Assembly (NCBI RefSeq): GCF_018977255.1
Contig: NW_024704743.1
Coordinates: 79,796,001 to 79,860,000, forward strand
DNA: 64,000 nt
Direction: 5' to 3'
Origin: Callorhinchus milii
Taxonomy: Eukaryota
This document shows positions 1-12,796 of this stretch, in pieces. The number at the start of each line of letters is the position of its first letter. Positions within the stretch are counted from its first letter, which is position 1. The notes under the pieces were generated by a model that had not been told where the DNA came from, searched no databases, and was given only the letters and a program-made list of their open reading frames with translations. The position numbers and the translations under genes were made by a program.

Positions 1-519
1 TATGATAAGCATGCAGCCCGATTCGTTGAGTCCTGAGTTGCACATGCACACATACACACAGAGGGAACATAGAGTGGAATGCTTTTCACCAGGTATCTGT
101 GTTGCCAAATGCTGCAGTTTTTATCTCCAGTTTGAAAGCTTTTCAAACAAAATTTCTCTCCTGAAGGCAATGATTGATGATGGTAAGGTTCCACGGGCAA
201 TGTCTTTTCTACCATCCCTCACCAAAAACAACCAATCTTCACATCTGAGCCCAGATCATTCTTCTTGTGTGAGTTCAAACAGTGAGTGTCACAAGATTAT
301 TTGCCTGTGTGTGTGGGGGGGTGGCACAGCCAAGCTCAATCCTGTTCTACTTGACATCCATGCAAACATCCTCTCGTATTACCAGTTACCAGTCACATGC
401 AGGAACCCTGGCTGATTATCCCCTCTCCAGCCTATAGATTCCAAGGTCAGTTATGACCACCTCACTGTCACTCTGGCTAACCTCAACCCATTGATCAAAC
501 CTGGGACTTTCTGATCAAT

Positions 520-860
520 AAAATAATCTTGCATTTGATATAGCACTATGATGTTGAAACATCTCAATGCACTTCACAGGTAATTGCTGTCAAGTGTAGT
601 GTCTATATATTTTGTAGGCAATTATGGCAGCTGATTTGTGCATAGCAATGACCAATGTTGGCTAGGATACCAGGAGAAATCCTTCTCTTTCGAATAGTAT
701 CATAAGATCTTTATCATTTACCTGAACAGGCAGATGGGACCTCAGTTCAGCATATTATCCAAAGGACGATACCAAGATTGTGAGCCAAAAGTTGTGACGT
801 AGGGCTTGAACCCACAACCTACTGGCAAAGAGTGCTCCCAATTGAGTTGAACTGACACCT
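520..860 (-). mobile_element. SINE family B
   Basis: Degenerate reverse copy. Confidence 0.75.
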
Positions 861-1204
861 TAAAATGGTAATATAGCTCATACCATAGCCACAGGTGCAT
901 TTACCCATTGAGCCATCAGTAGCGCTTGTGTTCATTGCTTGTCAGTTTTTGCTCTAATTTCTTAAGATTTGCTTGTGCGTCACAGACAGAATCCGGCACC
1001 CCAAATTGCTGCTCTATTAATGTCCGCTAGGTGGAGCGTTAGGATGAAGTAACCCTCTCTCCATTGTTTCCTCCAATGGTCGGGAGGGGAGATACCCTAG
1101 TCTCCATCCTGTTCTCTCCCATTCAACAGTGACGGGCATTCAGCCATTGTGGTCTGTGCTAGTTTTTCTACGATCTACTTTAATTCGATTTATCTGCTAT
1201 ATGT

Positions 1205-1602
1205 GTGTCATCCTGGCACATATGTAGCACTATCGCCTCTGATTGGTTGTGAGTTCAAGTCCCATTCACAACTTGGAATCAGATAGTCTATTGCAGTGCT
1301 GGGGGAGTGTTGCATTGTCAGAAGGTACCATCGTTCAGATGAGATGTCAATCCAAGGTCCCATCTGCCTGTTCATGGCACTATTTAAAAACAGAGAACGG
1401 CGTTGCTCCCGGTGTCCTCGTCAACAATTCCCCCAAATAAAATTGGTCACTCACTCCGTGGCTGTTTGTGAGATATTGCTTTGCACAACTGGCTACCGTA
1501 TTTCTCCCACAAAGTGACTCCACTTTACATACATCTGGTGAAGCACTTTGAGATGCCTTAACACTATGAGGCACTATATCAAATGCAAGGATTATTATTA
1601 TA
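1205..1602 (+). mobile_element. Deu-domain SINE (SacSINE1-like, family B)
   Basis: tRNA-like head, CAGATGAGATG..AA.CAAGGTCCC, CATGGCACTATT, GCTGTTTGTG(G/A)GA..TTGCT, tail ATCAAATGCAAGGATTATTA. Confidence 0.85.
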
Positions 1603-2769
1603 TGAAACCAGTTTGCTCTTTCCGAATGACATCAGTCCCATCAGCCTTACACTGATCTTCGTTTGTGCTTTGACCCAGTGTCACAATCTGGATTCAGTAT
1701 CCAAATTCATGTGGGTAGATTAAGTGCAGCTGTCCCACTAAGGAAGAGATCCTTAATTATTTTACAAAAATAATGCAAAACTCTCCAATGACAAGGAGGC
1801 CCTTTGAAAACAGCTATCCAAATCAATCCCACTCCCCTGCTCTCTCCCCATAGCCCTGCAAATGTTCCTCCCCAAATAATATCTAGTAAAAAAAGAGCCA
1901 ATTTGCATGGTCCAGCTCAGTGGAACTGTACCCCATCAAATTGCATTTAACTAGCAGCCTTCATGAGGTTAGCGACTCAGATCACGCCTCAGTTAGAGTC
2001 CAGGCCTATAGGAGAGAAGCAAAGATCATAGAAGGGGCCCAAACCGCTCCCGAGTTTGCAAACAGATGAACAGATGATCACACAAACAAATCATATGTTT
2101 TAGAAACACCATGTACTTTCAGGCGGAGTCTTTTAAAAGTAAAATTCTTCCTTTATACACTCCCACGGCATTGATCAGCTCAGCAGGTGTTCGGGAAAGG
2201 ACTAGCAGCGGGTGAGGGATGAATTTGTTCTGCACATCTCCTTCCAATTTGTACTGCAGGCGTCTGTGTGACTGAATCACACAGGGTTTACGTCTGAGTT
2301 TCTGCCAGCGCTGATTTGGTGCTCACAGTACGGATAGTCTGCAGGCTTGACACTGAGGTTTGATTTCTAGCTCAAAAGCACTTTTCTTTGTCTCTACTAA
2401 GTGAAGAAAAACAATTACCAGCCAGACCATCTTTTCAAACTACATAATTAAGGAACACTGGACAACTGTCTGAACTGTGCTTGAGAACTGAGGACAGGGA
2501 GGTCAACCAGAGGGTCATGAACTTCAATTGGTCGCTCTCCTTATTTCTAGAGCAAAACGGAGGGAGAGAGTCTTATTAATAATACTTGTGCACAGTTTCA
2601 GCTCCTAATTTGTTTCTCTGCCAATTTTGACTCCTCCTGGTTTTTCCACTCCTGCTGCCGTGAAATTGACGTCTGAGGCAGGGACAACCTCCACAGGTCT
2701 CAGCAGCCTGACAGTTTCTGATCTGAGTGAGCCCACACTGAGTGTGTCAGGAAGCTTCGTCAAAACACT

Positions 2770-2800
2770 GTGTGCCCCCGCCCCAGCAACCCCCACCCCA
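2770..2800. promoter_or_regulatory. GC box/CACCC box cluster
   Basis: GCCCCCGCCCC and CCCCACCCC motifs in unique sequence. Confidence 0.25.
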
Positions 2801-3119
2801 CGTTCTCAACTGCCCTTGGAGAGAGGCTCACAGAGTTAGATAGACGCATATAGTTAGTGAGAAAAACACACAAGCATACACAGATGTACACAGTTACAGA
2901 GAAAAATAGACATAGACATAGTCAAAGAGTAAGAGAAAAGCACACAGTTATATATTGAGACAGAGAGACACAGACATGTACAAATACACACTGTTAAAAG
3001 ACTGAGGGAGAATTACACACACACATACAAACACATAGCATCACAATGACCCAATATCTGCATTGTTTGTGTCTCAATCAATGCAGGTACACTATCAGGC
3101 TTTCCACTCTATATGGCAG

Positions 3120-3350
3120 GGGGAAGGTCAACAGAGTCAAGCCCGACCATGTCCTTGAACAACACCCCAGATAGTACATTCACCCTCCAGCAGGTGTTTT
3201 ACTGGATACCAATCAGCAAGCGAAACTTCAGTTGATTTTTCTCTTCTCCGTCCAGGAAACCTGCAGCCAACTGTACTGCTGTCCTGGCTGAGATCAGCTA
3301 ACTCAGCACAGACTAGCAATAGAACCTGTGACTGTCTGGTCTGCAGTATC
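3120..3350 (-). mobile_element. Third, older SINE-like family; related copies at ~330-515 (-), 24065-24330 (+), 55750-56030 (+), 56800-57010 (+)
   Basis: Shared GGTT.GATCCC..GTCTG.GCTGAGTTAGCTGATCTCAGCCAGG and AAAATCAGCCAGGGTTCC-like motifs. Confidence 0.55.
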
Positions 3351-4147
3351 TTAAGAACGTAAGAAAAGATGAAACTAAATAGCCCATTCAGCGCATCAAG
3401 TTCACAATCATCATATAATCCACTCTGTCAAGCAATTTACTCCATCCACTCCATGTCCTGGAGAAGAGCTCCACACAAGACATTCCCAAACCTTAAAATC
3501 ACTGAACACCATAATGTTCTCCACAGGTAACATGTTGTTCTTTTCCTATTTACCCCTTCACTTGCTACACCACTCCCACTCCCCACACAGACATCCCATA
3601 CCACCCCCCCTCCACACCCCTCCCCACACACATACATACATATCACCCTCAGCAACACAGATGCGGTCTGATTTCAGACTATACCTATCTTTCTATTCTC
3701 AGACAGATTCTCATCTGTACCAGGCCCACAGATGAAAAGTTTATTATGCACTTCACCACAACATAGCATAAACTGCAAGAATTGCACCCCGCACCAGGTT
3801 AGTTTACCCCATCCTTGCTAGTTTCCTCTGACGCCCACTCCCCCAGTGGATTGATGTTAAGATCCTCATCCTGATTTCCATCCTACTCCATCTCACGCAA
3901 ACCTTCCCAACCCCATTCTCTTGCCAGTACTTTCACTTCTCCAGCTCAGGCCTCCTGAATGTCTCTTACCCTCTGTCCCACCAATAGGCCAGACTTTCAG
4001 CCATTTGTGATAAGGCGCTATAACAAATGCAAGGATTATTATTATTATCCACCACCTTCTGAAACTATCTCCCAAAATTCCTTCACTTTGCATCCTCTCT
4101 CCGCTTCTTCAGTAAATTTCTTCTCCACCTCATCCTTATAAAATGTT

Positions 4148-4505
4148 TTCATAGATTTATAGAATGTTATTATTCATAGAAGGAGGCCATTCGGCCCATC
4201 GAGTCTGTGCCGGCTCTTTGACAGAGCAAGTCACTTTCACTAACCCCAATCCCAGCTTTCTCCCCATAACCCTGCAAAACCGTCTTCCCCAGATACCTAT
4301 CCAGTTCTCTCTTAAAAGCTGTTATCGAATCGGACTTCACTACCCTTTCAGGCAGATCATTCCAAATTCGAACAACTCGCTGAGTGAAAAAATTTCTTCT
4401 AACCTCCCCTCTGCTTCTTTTGGCAGATATCTTAAGACTGTGACCACGGGTCACAGACACACTTACCAGCAGAAACAGCTTTTCCTTATCGAGCCTGTCA
4501 AAACC
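4148..4505 (-). mobile_element. CR1 LINE 3' end
   Basis: TRGHSLKI...RRNFFTQRVVRIWNDLP...FKRELDRYL. Confidence 0.9.
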
Positions 4506-4900
4506 TTAGGTTTTGAGATGTTATCCAATGTGAAAGCCACAGTATATCGTTACAAGATCAATCAGTCTCAGGCTAGACTCAAAAAACTCTTTCATATAAA
4601 CAACTGGAAGTGCTTCAAGTATTTGACTGCCGCCTGACATTGTGTTACACGTTACCTACACGTGTGTGATCGCCTAGCGAAGGACAACCTGCCGGTACCC
4701 AGGAATTTTGAACTCATTCATTCCTCTTTAGCCCCGAATACCAAGCAATCAATCTTTGTTCGAGCAAAGAGAAAGGTTCTCTGAATGGAAATTGTACAGT
4801 ACTATCTTCATTTCTACTTTCTCTCATTCACGTCCTCATCAGCCGCTCACCGTGGGGTTGTTGTCAAAGTGAACAGTACGCACACCATCAATGCCTTCTA

Positions 4901-4919
4901 GACACAGTAGAGGGCGCTG
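4901..4919 (+). promoter_or_regulatory. CTCF-like motif in a CpG-retaining unique block (4630-4980)
   Basis: ACAGTAGAGGGCGCTG closely matches the CTCF core CCAG(C/T)AG(A/G)GGGCGC; E-box CACGTG at ~4659. Confidence 0.5.
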
Positions 4920-5529
4920 AGGTTCAGTTCAAGGTGCCCTAATGGCTACTATAAGGGCGACTCCCTACCTTGAGAAACACCAGAACAGCTTTACTTTTAT
5001 TGTTTAACTTTAAAATTTATTTTATCTTTTAATATATTGGCGATGCTTGTCAACAAGAATTAATGTGAGCTCTCCAATCCTATGTTGGAAGTGATTTATC
5101 TACACTTAAAATAATTCATCACCTTCTAATTAATTAACATTACATTTGTTCTTGTATTTAATCCTTTATCTCAAGAGTTTCTGCTCAGTGTTAGTGCGGT
5201 GCACTCAGACTCTGCTCCAAGATGTAGGTTCTGGCTCCAGATATTGGGCTGCAATCATATCCTAACCTTTGATGCTTCTCTGGAACCAAGCCAACCTCAA
5301 TGCGGTAAGTGTTAAATGTTCAGGATGCTTGCCAGATTCGTGACTATTTGCGTGGTCCACGCTGCCTGGCAAAGGCGAGAAATAGAACTAAAAGAGGATA
5401 ATTAAAATGGAGATCTGATCCCTTCCATGAACAACAAGCAGCATTTACTGCAGCAACTTTCACACACAAGAAACATCTCAAAGCACTTGACAACAACAAC
5501 ACAAAACTACATTTGTATAGCACCTTCGA

Positions 5530-5810
5530 GCAATGAGTTTGCATAGTCGAGCCTCGATGTAATGAAAGCTTGTTTGAAGGTAACGGCGGCCTACGGTGTG
5601 AGACAGTGGCAGAGCCGGGCGATGTTGCGGAGGTGGGGGAAGGCAGAGCGGGTCATGGCGCAGATGTGGGGTATAAAGGATAGTTGAGGGTCAAACAAGA
5701 CTCCGAGGTTCCGGACTGGGTTAGTATGGTGGTGTGTGCAACCATGGATGGTGATGCTGTCAGCGCTTGAGGTGAGGAGGCGCTGACGGGAACCAATCAG
5801 GAGAGCCTTG
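5530..5810 (-). mobile_element. L2 fragment
   Basis: [10 protein letters not shown]...[14 protein letters not shown]...HLRNIARL. Confidence 0.85.
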
Positions 5811-7134
5811 TTTGATATGACAAACATATCAAATGCACCCTCTTGTTGACTGGCTTGTACAGAACTGATGATAGACGTTGTAAGGTCTGTGGAATGACTG
5901 AAGGATGACAGGAAAGCAATGGAGACAGGAAAAGGGGATTTGAAAGAAGAGGGGAAATACAGTGATGCACAGGGACAGAGACCATGTTAGTTTACAATTG
6001 GCACAACTGATTGAAACTTAAACAAAACATACCATAGAGCAATAGGATGCTGGCTTCAACTCACAATGTGTCACAGACTGCAATGCACTATTAGCAAGCC
6101 CTTCCTCGCCCCACCCCATCATTGGAGTTTTGGGTGAAGACAGGAAGAGCCTCAGCTAGGAAGTTTTTTCCCCATTGCGCTGTCAAGGCTGGAAGAAATA
6201 ATGGCTCCTCTTGGACCATGCTCCCAGCACAAAGCAAAAATGAATCAAACCTAGAGAGGAGGGAAGGGGGAAGATTGCCTTGTGAAAAAGATACCACAAC
6301 AGATTTCACATCTGCAGCAGGCCTTGGTTGATACAGGCTGGCGAAATAGTCACATGAGGCACGTTTAGCATTAAGAGCCAGCAGACTGGCATCGGGCCCA
6401 ATTCATGTTAATAACACCTCATAGTCATTATTTTCGTGCAGATATAGTGACATTTTCAGAACTTCCTAGACTTCCATTCTCATAGGACAAGACAAATCCA
6501 ACCCAGAAGCACACAAATTCAACACAGATACTTGGACAGTGGAGGTATTAAGGGTATGGTGAAAGGACATGGCAATGGGATTAAAAGATATGCCAAATTC
6601 TAGTAGACTAATAGAACAGGCTCAATGAACTGAATGACCTCTTCTTGTTCTCTTATGTTCCTAACATAAAGTTCAAATCGAGATGAACAGAACCTGGATT
6701 ATAGATCAATCAACAACTGAAAAACAAGTGGAGAAGAGGGTATGAGCAACTGAGTGATCGCTACACTGTACATTTCCCAACAATAAATAACAGCAGAGAA
6801 TGTTAAATTGAAAATATTTTAATATTCAAATTCCCTGGAGGATTCAAACTTTGAAGAGATACTAGAACGTAAAGAGCAATAAAATTATCTTTGGGTAACT
6901 ACCGCTTAACTGCCAATGGATATTAAAGTACAGAAATCTCTTAAATGTGTCACCAATCAATCAGTCTCAATGGGAAGAAATTCTTTCAGTTTGAGAAGTA
7001 CTACACTGAGGGAGCTCTGCTGTTATTTGGGGGATGTAGGTACATTCCCAATAGTTGCTGATCTGAAAAGTGCTGCTGCGGGGGTGAGAGTTACACACTT
7101 CCACACAAGGAGGAAGAAGCTTGTTAACCCTCTG

Positions 7135-7197
7135 CTAATATTGCTCTGAAACAGCGACCCCCAAGAGCAGCCCAGCAATGACTTGCCCAACAACAGC
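7135..7197 (-). CDS. Candidate terminal exon (AVVGQVIAGLLLGVAVSEQY*)
   Basis: TGCAG| acceptor followed by 20 mostly hydrophobic codons and TAG. Confidence 0.35.
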   Translation of the reverse strand, partial: AVVGQVIAGLLLGVAVSEQY

Positions 7198-7374
7198 CTG
7201 CATTTATACAGCCAGTTACATGTGTTTAAAATGCTGACGGGTAAATCTTTTTGTGGGATACTGGTTGATGAATTGGTAACTAGATCAAGACCGAGATAAA
7301 AACAAAAAGAAAGTTTAGGAAACTTTTTTTGCACCCACACACAGAGACTCATACACACTGAATGTCCTATCTAA

Positions 7375-7735
7375 AACCCCCACATCAGGATATGGAACCC
7401 ATATAGTGCACACTGACACTCCAATATAGTGCTGAGGGTGCACTGTGTTGTTTGGAGGTGTTGTCGTTCTGCCCTGTCTGCCTATCGAACTGTATGTTAA
7501 AGATTCCATGGCACTATTAGAAAAGAGAAGGGAGTTTCTCCTGGTATCCAGGCCAACAATCTCCCAAATAAAATTAGTCACTCACTCGACTGTTTGTGGG
7601 ACATTGCTGTACACAAATTGGCTGCTGCATTTGCCCGCAAGATTCACATATTCACATCACTTTACAGCATATTCTGTGAAGTACTTTGAGGCGTCTTGAC
7701 GACGTGATGAGGCATTATATAAAATTATTATTATT
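7375..7735 (+). mobile_element. SINE family B
   Basis: Same body motifs. Confidence 0.8.
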
Positions 7736-8129
7736 AGAGGATTATTATTATTTTAAAAAGGGTGGTTGAAGCAGAATCTGTTATACTTTTTAGAAGGGAA
7801 CTAGACAAATACTTGATAAAAGAAGGGGGAAAGAAAAGAGGAGTAGGTGTGTATGTATAGCTCTTTGAGAAAGACGGCAAAGGTACAAAGGGCTCCTTCT
7901 GTTCAGTAAAATCTATGATTCCACAATTCTTTGAATGGTTAAAAATGCTGCACTGTGTACACTGAAAAAAAACGTTGAGTAATTTAAGGTGATTAACAGC
8001 ATAGTCAAAGAAATGGGATTTTATTATCTTTTTGAAAGTAGGGAGAGGGGTTGTAAGGTGAAGTGGGTGTAGGAGAGCTTCAGAGGACAGTAGACAGCAA
8101 ACTGTGCTCCTTCCCTTCCCTTAAAGAGA

Positions 8130-8245
8130 CGCCTGACCTTGGGTTCTGATGAAGGGTTGTGAAGCCGAAACGTTGACTCACTTTCCTTTCTCCATAGACG
8201 CTGCCTAACCTGCTGAGTGTTCCCACTGACTTCTGTTTTTGTTGT
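8130..8245 (+). mobile_element. Penelope-type terminal-repeat fragment with minimal hammerhead motif
   Basis: GGGTT-CTGATGA-A-GGGTTGTGAAGCC-GAAA-CGTT-GACTC followed by GCTGCCTAACCTGCTGAG, which is shared with the other copies. Confidence 0.7.
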
Positions 8246-8509
8246 CACCTGTCCTTGTAGTTGTGTCAGGAAACCAGTGGAGTGGGGAATCATGGACCTA
8301 TAACAGTAATTCTCTAACACTTTGTATCTATACAAGAGCAGATCATTATTTGGGGAAGATAAGTTGCAGGGCTATGGGAAGAGCGCAGGGCAGTGGGTTT
8401 GATTTGGACAGCTCTTTTCAAAGAGCTGGCCTCCTGCGCTGTATGATTCTATGATTCTACGAAGAGCAGCAACTGATAAGAAGAGCGAGTGCTGAAGAGG
8501 TACACTCAC

Positions 8510-8621
8510 TGTAACTGAAAGATGGGCAGATTCAGTATACGCTTATATTGAAACCAAACGGGGACTGGCATAAAACAAACTGTTGAAGAGAGAATTGCCT
8601 ACCCCAGCAAAGGTTGGTGAT
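8510..8621 (-). pseudogene. Penultimate exon-like block (ITNLCWGRQFSLQQFVLCQSPFGFNISVY*ICPSFSY)
   Basis: Acceptor TTTTATCATACTTCAG|, donor ACA|GTGAGT; TGA at 8532-8534. Confidence 0.4.
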
Positions 8622-9076
8622 CTGAAGTATGATAAAATTATTCACACTGCAGTTCAAAGCAAGACTTCAGATCGATGCCACATTTGATATACATCAGCAC
8701 CATAGTAGACGTCTACTTTATATCTTCATTAACAAAGATTTGTTCGCCTACAAATACACAATCACTACACTTGACAGAAATTCTTGTGAATCACTTTGAG
8801 ACGTTTCGACGACGTGTAAGTCACTACATCAAATACAAAGATCAATATGTTATTATTGGGAATGCACAGGGAAGGATTTGTACAACAGAAAACATATTTG
8901 TGCACTGAAAGGCACCAAAAGACATCTGATCTCTAAAGAGTTGAGCCCCGTGGTAACATACTGCAGCAAGGAAACCAGGCTTGATATTTTATATGGTTAA
9001 CATCTACACGGTTCTGATTTCTCAAAGTTGGCTGAAATAGGTTGCCAAGCTGAACCTGAGTAAGAATTTCTCGGAA

Positions 9077-9322
9077 CACAAAATACTACAGATGCTGGAA
9101 ATCTGAAAACAAAAAACAGAATTCTCTGGGAACACTCAGCAGGTCAGGCAGCATTTATGGAGAAAGGAAAGTGAGTCAACGTTTCAGGTCCAAGGCCCTT
9201 CGTCAGGGAAAGTGAGTCAACGTTTCGGGTCCATGACACTTTGTCAGAAATGACGAAGGGTCGTGGACCCAAAACGTTGACTCACTTTCCTTTCTTCATA
9301 GGTACTGCCTAACCTGCTGAAT
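9077..9322. mobile_element. Palindromic Penelope-type repeat with three hammerhead-like units, interrupted by CR1 and resuming at ~10228-10265
   Basis: Two minus-strand units (9171-9206, 9212-9247) and one plus-strand unit (9250-9285); inverted arms. Confidence 0.7.
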
Positions 9323-9323
9323 A

Positions 9324-10170
9324 ATAGAATCATAGAATTGTACAGCACAAAAAGAGGCCATTCGGCTCATCGAGTCTGTGCCGGCTCTTTGAACAGAGCA
9401 ATTCATGTTAATCCCACTCCCCAGCCCTTTCCCCATAACCCTGCAAACCCGTCCTCCTCAAATACATGTCCATTGCATTTTTAAAAGTAGTTATCGAATT
9501 GGCCTTGACCACGCTTTCAGGCAATGCGTTCCAGATTCGAACAACTTGCTGAGTGAAAAAATTTCTTCTCACCTCCCCTCTGCTTCTTTTAGATACTATT
9601 TTGAATCTCTGACCTCGAGTCACCGACACACCCACCAGTGGAAACAGTTTTTCCCTTTCTAACCTATCAAATCCCCTCATGATTTTGAAGACCTCTATTA
9701 GGTCTCCTCGTAACCTTCTCTGCTCCAATGAGAATAATCTCAGCCTCTCCAGCCTTTCCTCATAATCAAGGTCCCTCATTCCTGGTACCATCCTCGTAAA
9801 TCTCCTCTGCACCCTTTCCAATGCCTTAACATCCTTCCTATAGTCTGGTGCCCAGAACTGGATGCAGTATTCTAACTGAGGCCAAACCAGTGTTTTATAT
9901 AGGTTAATCATAACCTCCTGACTCTTGTACTCTATGCCCCTATTTATAAAGCCTAGTATCCCATATACCCTTTTTACAACCTTATCTACCTGTCCTGCCA
10001 CCTTCAAGCATTCATTTACCTACACCCCCAGGTCTCTCTGTTCTTTTACCCCCTTTAAGATTGTATTACCAGCCTATATTGCCTCCCCTCATTCTTTCTA
10101 CCAAAATGCATTACCTCTCATTTTTCTACTCTCATCTGCCATGTGTCTGCCCATTTTACCATTCTGTCTA
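9324..10170 (-). mobile_element. CR1-clade LINE 3' fragment
   Basis: 199-aa ORF: LYKTLVWPQLEYCIQFWAP, LERVQRRFTRM, RRNFFTQQVVRIWNALP; (ATTCTATG)-type tail. Confidence 0.95.
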
Positions 10171-12796
10171 TGTCTTCCTGCAGTTGGCTCCTATCCTTCT
10201 CACTGTTTACTGTTTACTACCCTACCTAATGAATGTTCCCAGCGACTTCTGTTTTTGTTTTAAGAATTTCTTAGCTCTTTCCTAATTTGCAATTCTTCTC
10301 CTACTCAATCAGTTTTTTCACACACTGTTCTAAAGTCACTTAAGGGGAAGAAAAAAACTATTATCTCTTCAGAACAGAAATGTACCTTTCTGATATCTTC
10401 CCTCTGCCAGTGCCCTTCCCCATTGTTCACCATTTACTCCTTAAATACCTTCCGAGAATGTCACAGTTTCTCTCATTTCAACACAGCTCTCAATTACTTC
10501 ACCATCTCACATTTCACATACCAGAAATCCATCTCCTGACACTAGCTCCCATGTTATATCCTCCCACCAGCATTCCTCTTCCCATTGATCTGTGATATGG
10601 AGTACATCTCCTGCTTTGTATTCCACAGACACATTCACACCAGTGAAGACTACAGGCAAATCTGCTCAATGGCTTAACAGGATTAATGCTCTTAAAATGA
10701 TATTACAAGTTTCCAATTTATTTTCTCTTTTAGTAAAGGTTAAGCAGAGCATTGTCTTTTCAGTGTTAGAAAACTGGTTGAGAGGTGAGTTATTTGGAGA
10801 TCCCCAGCTATTTCTGACCTGATACCAACACATTCTTGTACTTCTCTAAAACTTGACCTAACTTTATGAAACAATTAAGATAAAAACATAAGTAGAAGTT
10901 TCTGAGTGCTCAGAGCTGAACAATTGCTCCTATGGTCATATAATATTTACAACAGTGTTCGGATAGAACGTTTCTATCCGATTAATTGGACAGATATTCT
11001 GTTTGGATGAAACCCTTGTCAAATATGCTTGCATAAATTACATTATTCAACCCAAAGACTTTAATGCACTATCTATCACAACACAATTAACAATATTGCA
11101 ATTGCAAATCATTCTCACATTGACCAAGCAAGCTGTTTGCCAAAGAACTAGCTGAGGGAAAATAAAGTGTTCTCTGGCGATGATTCTGAAATGCAAATGT
11201 ATTTTTCTAAGGATTTAGGTTTAATAAAGAAAATGTTGCACTGCCATTTTTATACTGCAATTTCCTAGTTAAACTATGCTTTATAACAAACGTCTGTTTT
11301 ACCTCACACATAACACTGTACAAAATATTAAAATTCATAGGACTATTAAGCAAATGGTGTGAGACAGCTGATTTAAGCTTTGAAGTCAGGATTTGCAATA
11401 GAGTGGAAATATTCATTGCACACACCACATAAAATCAATGTTTACCCACTTCTGAGTAGCACCAGAGCAGTCAATGGAACACTAATGTGAAATCAAAGGT
11501 CAAAATCCCACAGTAATTCCAGCATTAGCCTTTTGTCTGAAAGCTGTTAGCAGCCTGACAGACAACGTATGCTTTAGAAAGTGTTTTCTAAAACAAGCAT
11601 TGGTATAAACGACAGTTTTTCAACACAGCAAACTTCACATTAATTCCTGGTGATGTAATAATTATTCTCAAGGAAAAAAAACATATTGATACATGGGAAA
11701 GGGGAGAAATTGGAAGTGAAAAATTGATTGCAAAATAGAATAAATTAAATCAGGATCAGTAAGCGGTATAAGCAAGGCAGGACTATACACGAGGGAGAAA
11801 GAAATAGAGGGCAAGTTGGGCTGATTGGCCTATTTCCAAGCAGATATGCAGGGTGTGTCTTTCACATCAGGAAGTCCCAGTGCTTTGGGATGTCCCCCCA
11901 ACATGAAAGGCGCTATACAAATGTATTTTGTTGTTATTGTTGTTGTTGTATCTATCAAAGGAGAGAGTGCAATTCCATTCCAGATACAGCAAAGTTTCCA
12001 TCAATAGATGTCATGCATATGTGGAACTCATTCTCAGTCTGGTTTGGATACCCTTACGGGTGGGTGATGGATTTCCCCACATATCAGACATCTGGCTGAA
12101 CAAACAAATTTTATGTAAAATCAGAGGGGTGCTATAACAGGATTTCCTGGAACTTGACAATTACCTGTGAAGCACTTTGAGACTTTTAACATTATAGCGC
12201 TATATGAAATGCAAAAAATATTTATCTATTTGTATTTAACCTGCATGTAGGTTTGAGTGTTATGATGCAATATAGCAGATGGAATAACCTTGTCAGACCA
12301 CTCAATGGGCTAAAAGTATGCAATTCCTTAATGCGTGGTGGTCTTGATAGAGTTACCAAACCAGGCATGTCCACAGTCCATACTCCAAGGGACTGCTGAT
12401 GACAGGCAGGATTTGGAGGGGCAGACACCAGGATGGGCAGGGATTCTTCCCACTTAATTCCTATAAACTCTGCAATTTAAGCCTTAACAGATAAGGTGCT
12501 CCTAGCTGGAGACGCAGTGGGAAGTTTGCCAGACAATGCTTTTAATGGCAAACTATGTGTTCTTAGAGGTTAAATTTCAGCAGTACCCCAACACACTCCC
12601 AGTCTTGGCTCCCCAACCTGTACCAACCTGTATTCCAATGAAAGTAGGTAAGCAGGTCAAAAAGATATCATTGTGCATTGAGATAGGTAAGGAGAAAAAA
12701 TATCAATAAATAAATAATCCTTGCATTTTATATAGCGCTTTTCACGTCTTCTAGATGCCTCAAAGCGCTTCCCAGAATATACTGTAAAAAGTGAAT

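Noticed and set aside
2..415. 137-aa ORF
   Set aside because: No recognisable domain; includes CA/GT-rich low-complexity and SINE-like sequence.
8532..8534. In-frame TGA as selenocysteine
   Set aside because: No CxxU/UxxC context, no SECIS recognised, and other exons carry TAA/TAG stops and frameshifts, so decay is the simpler explanation.
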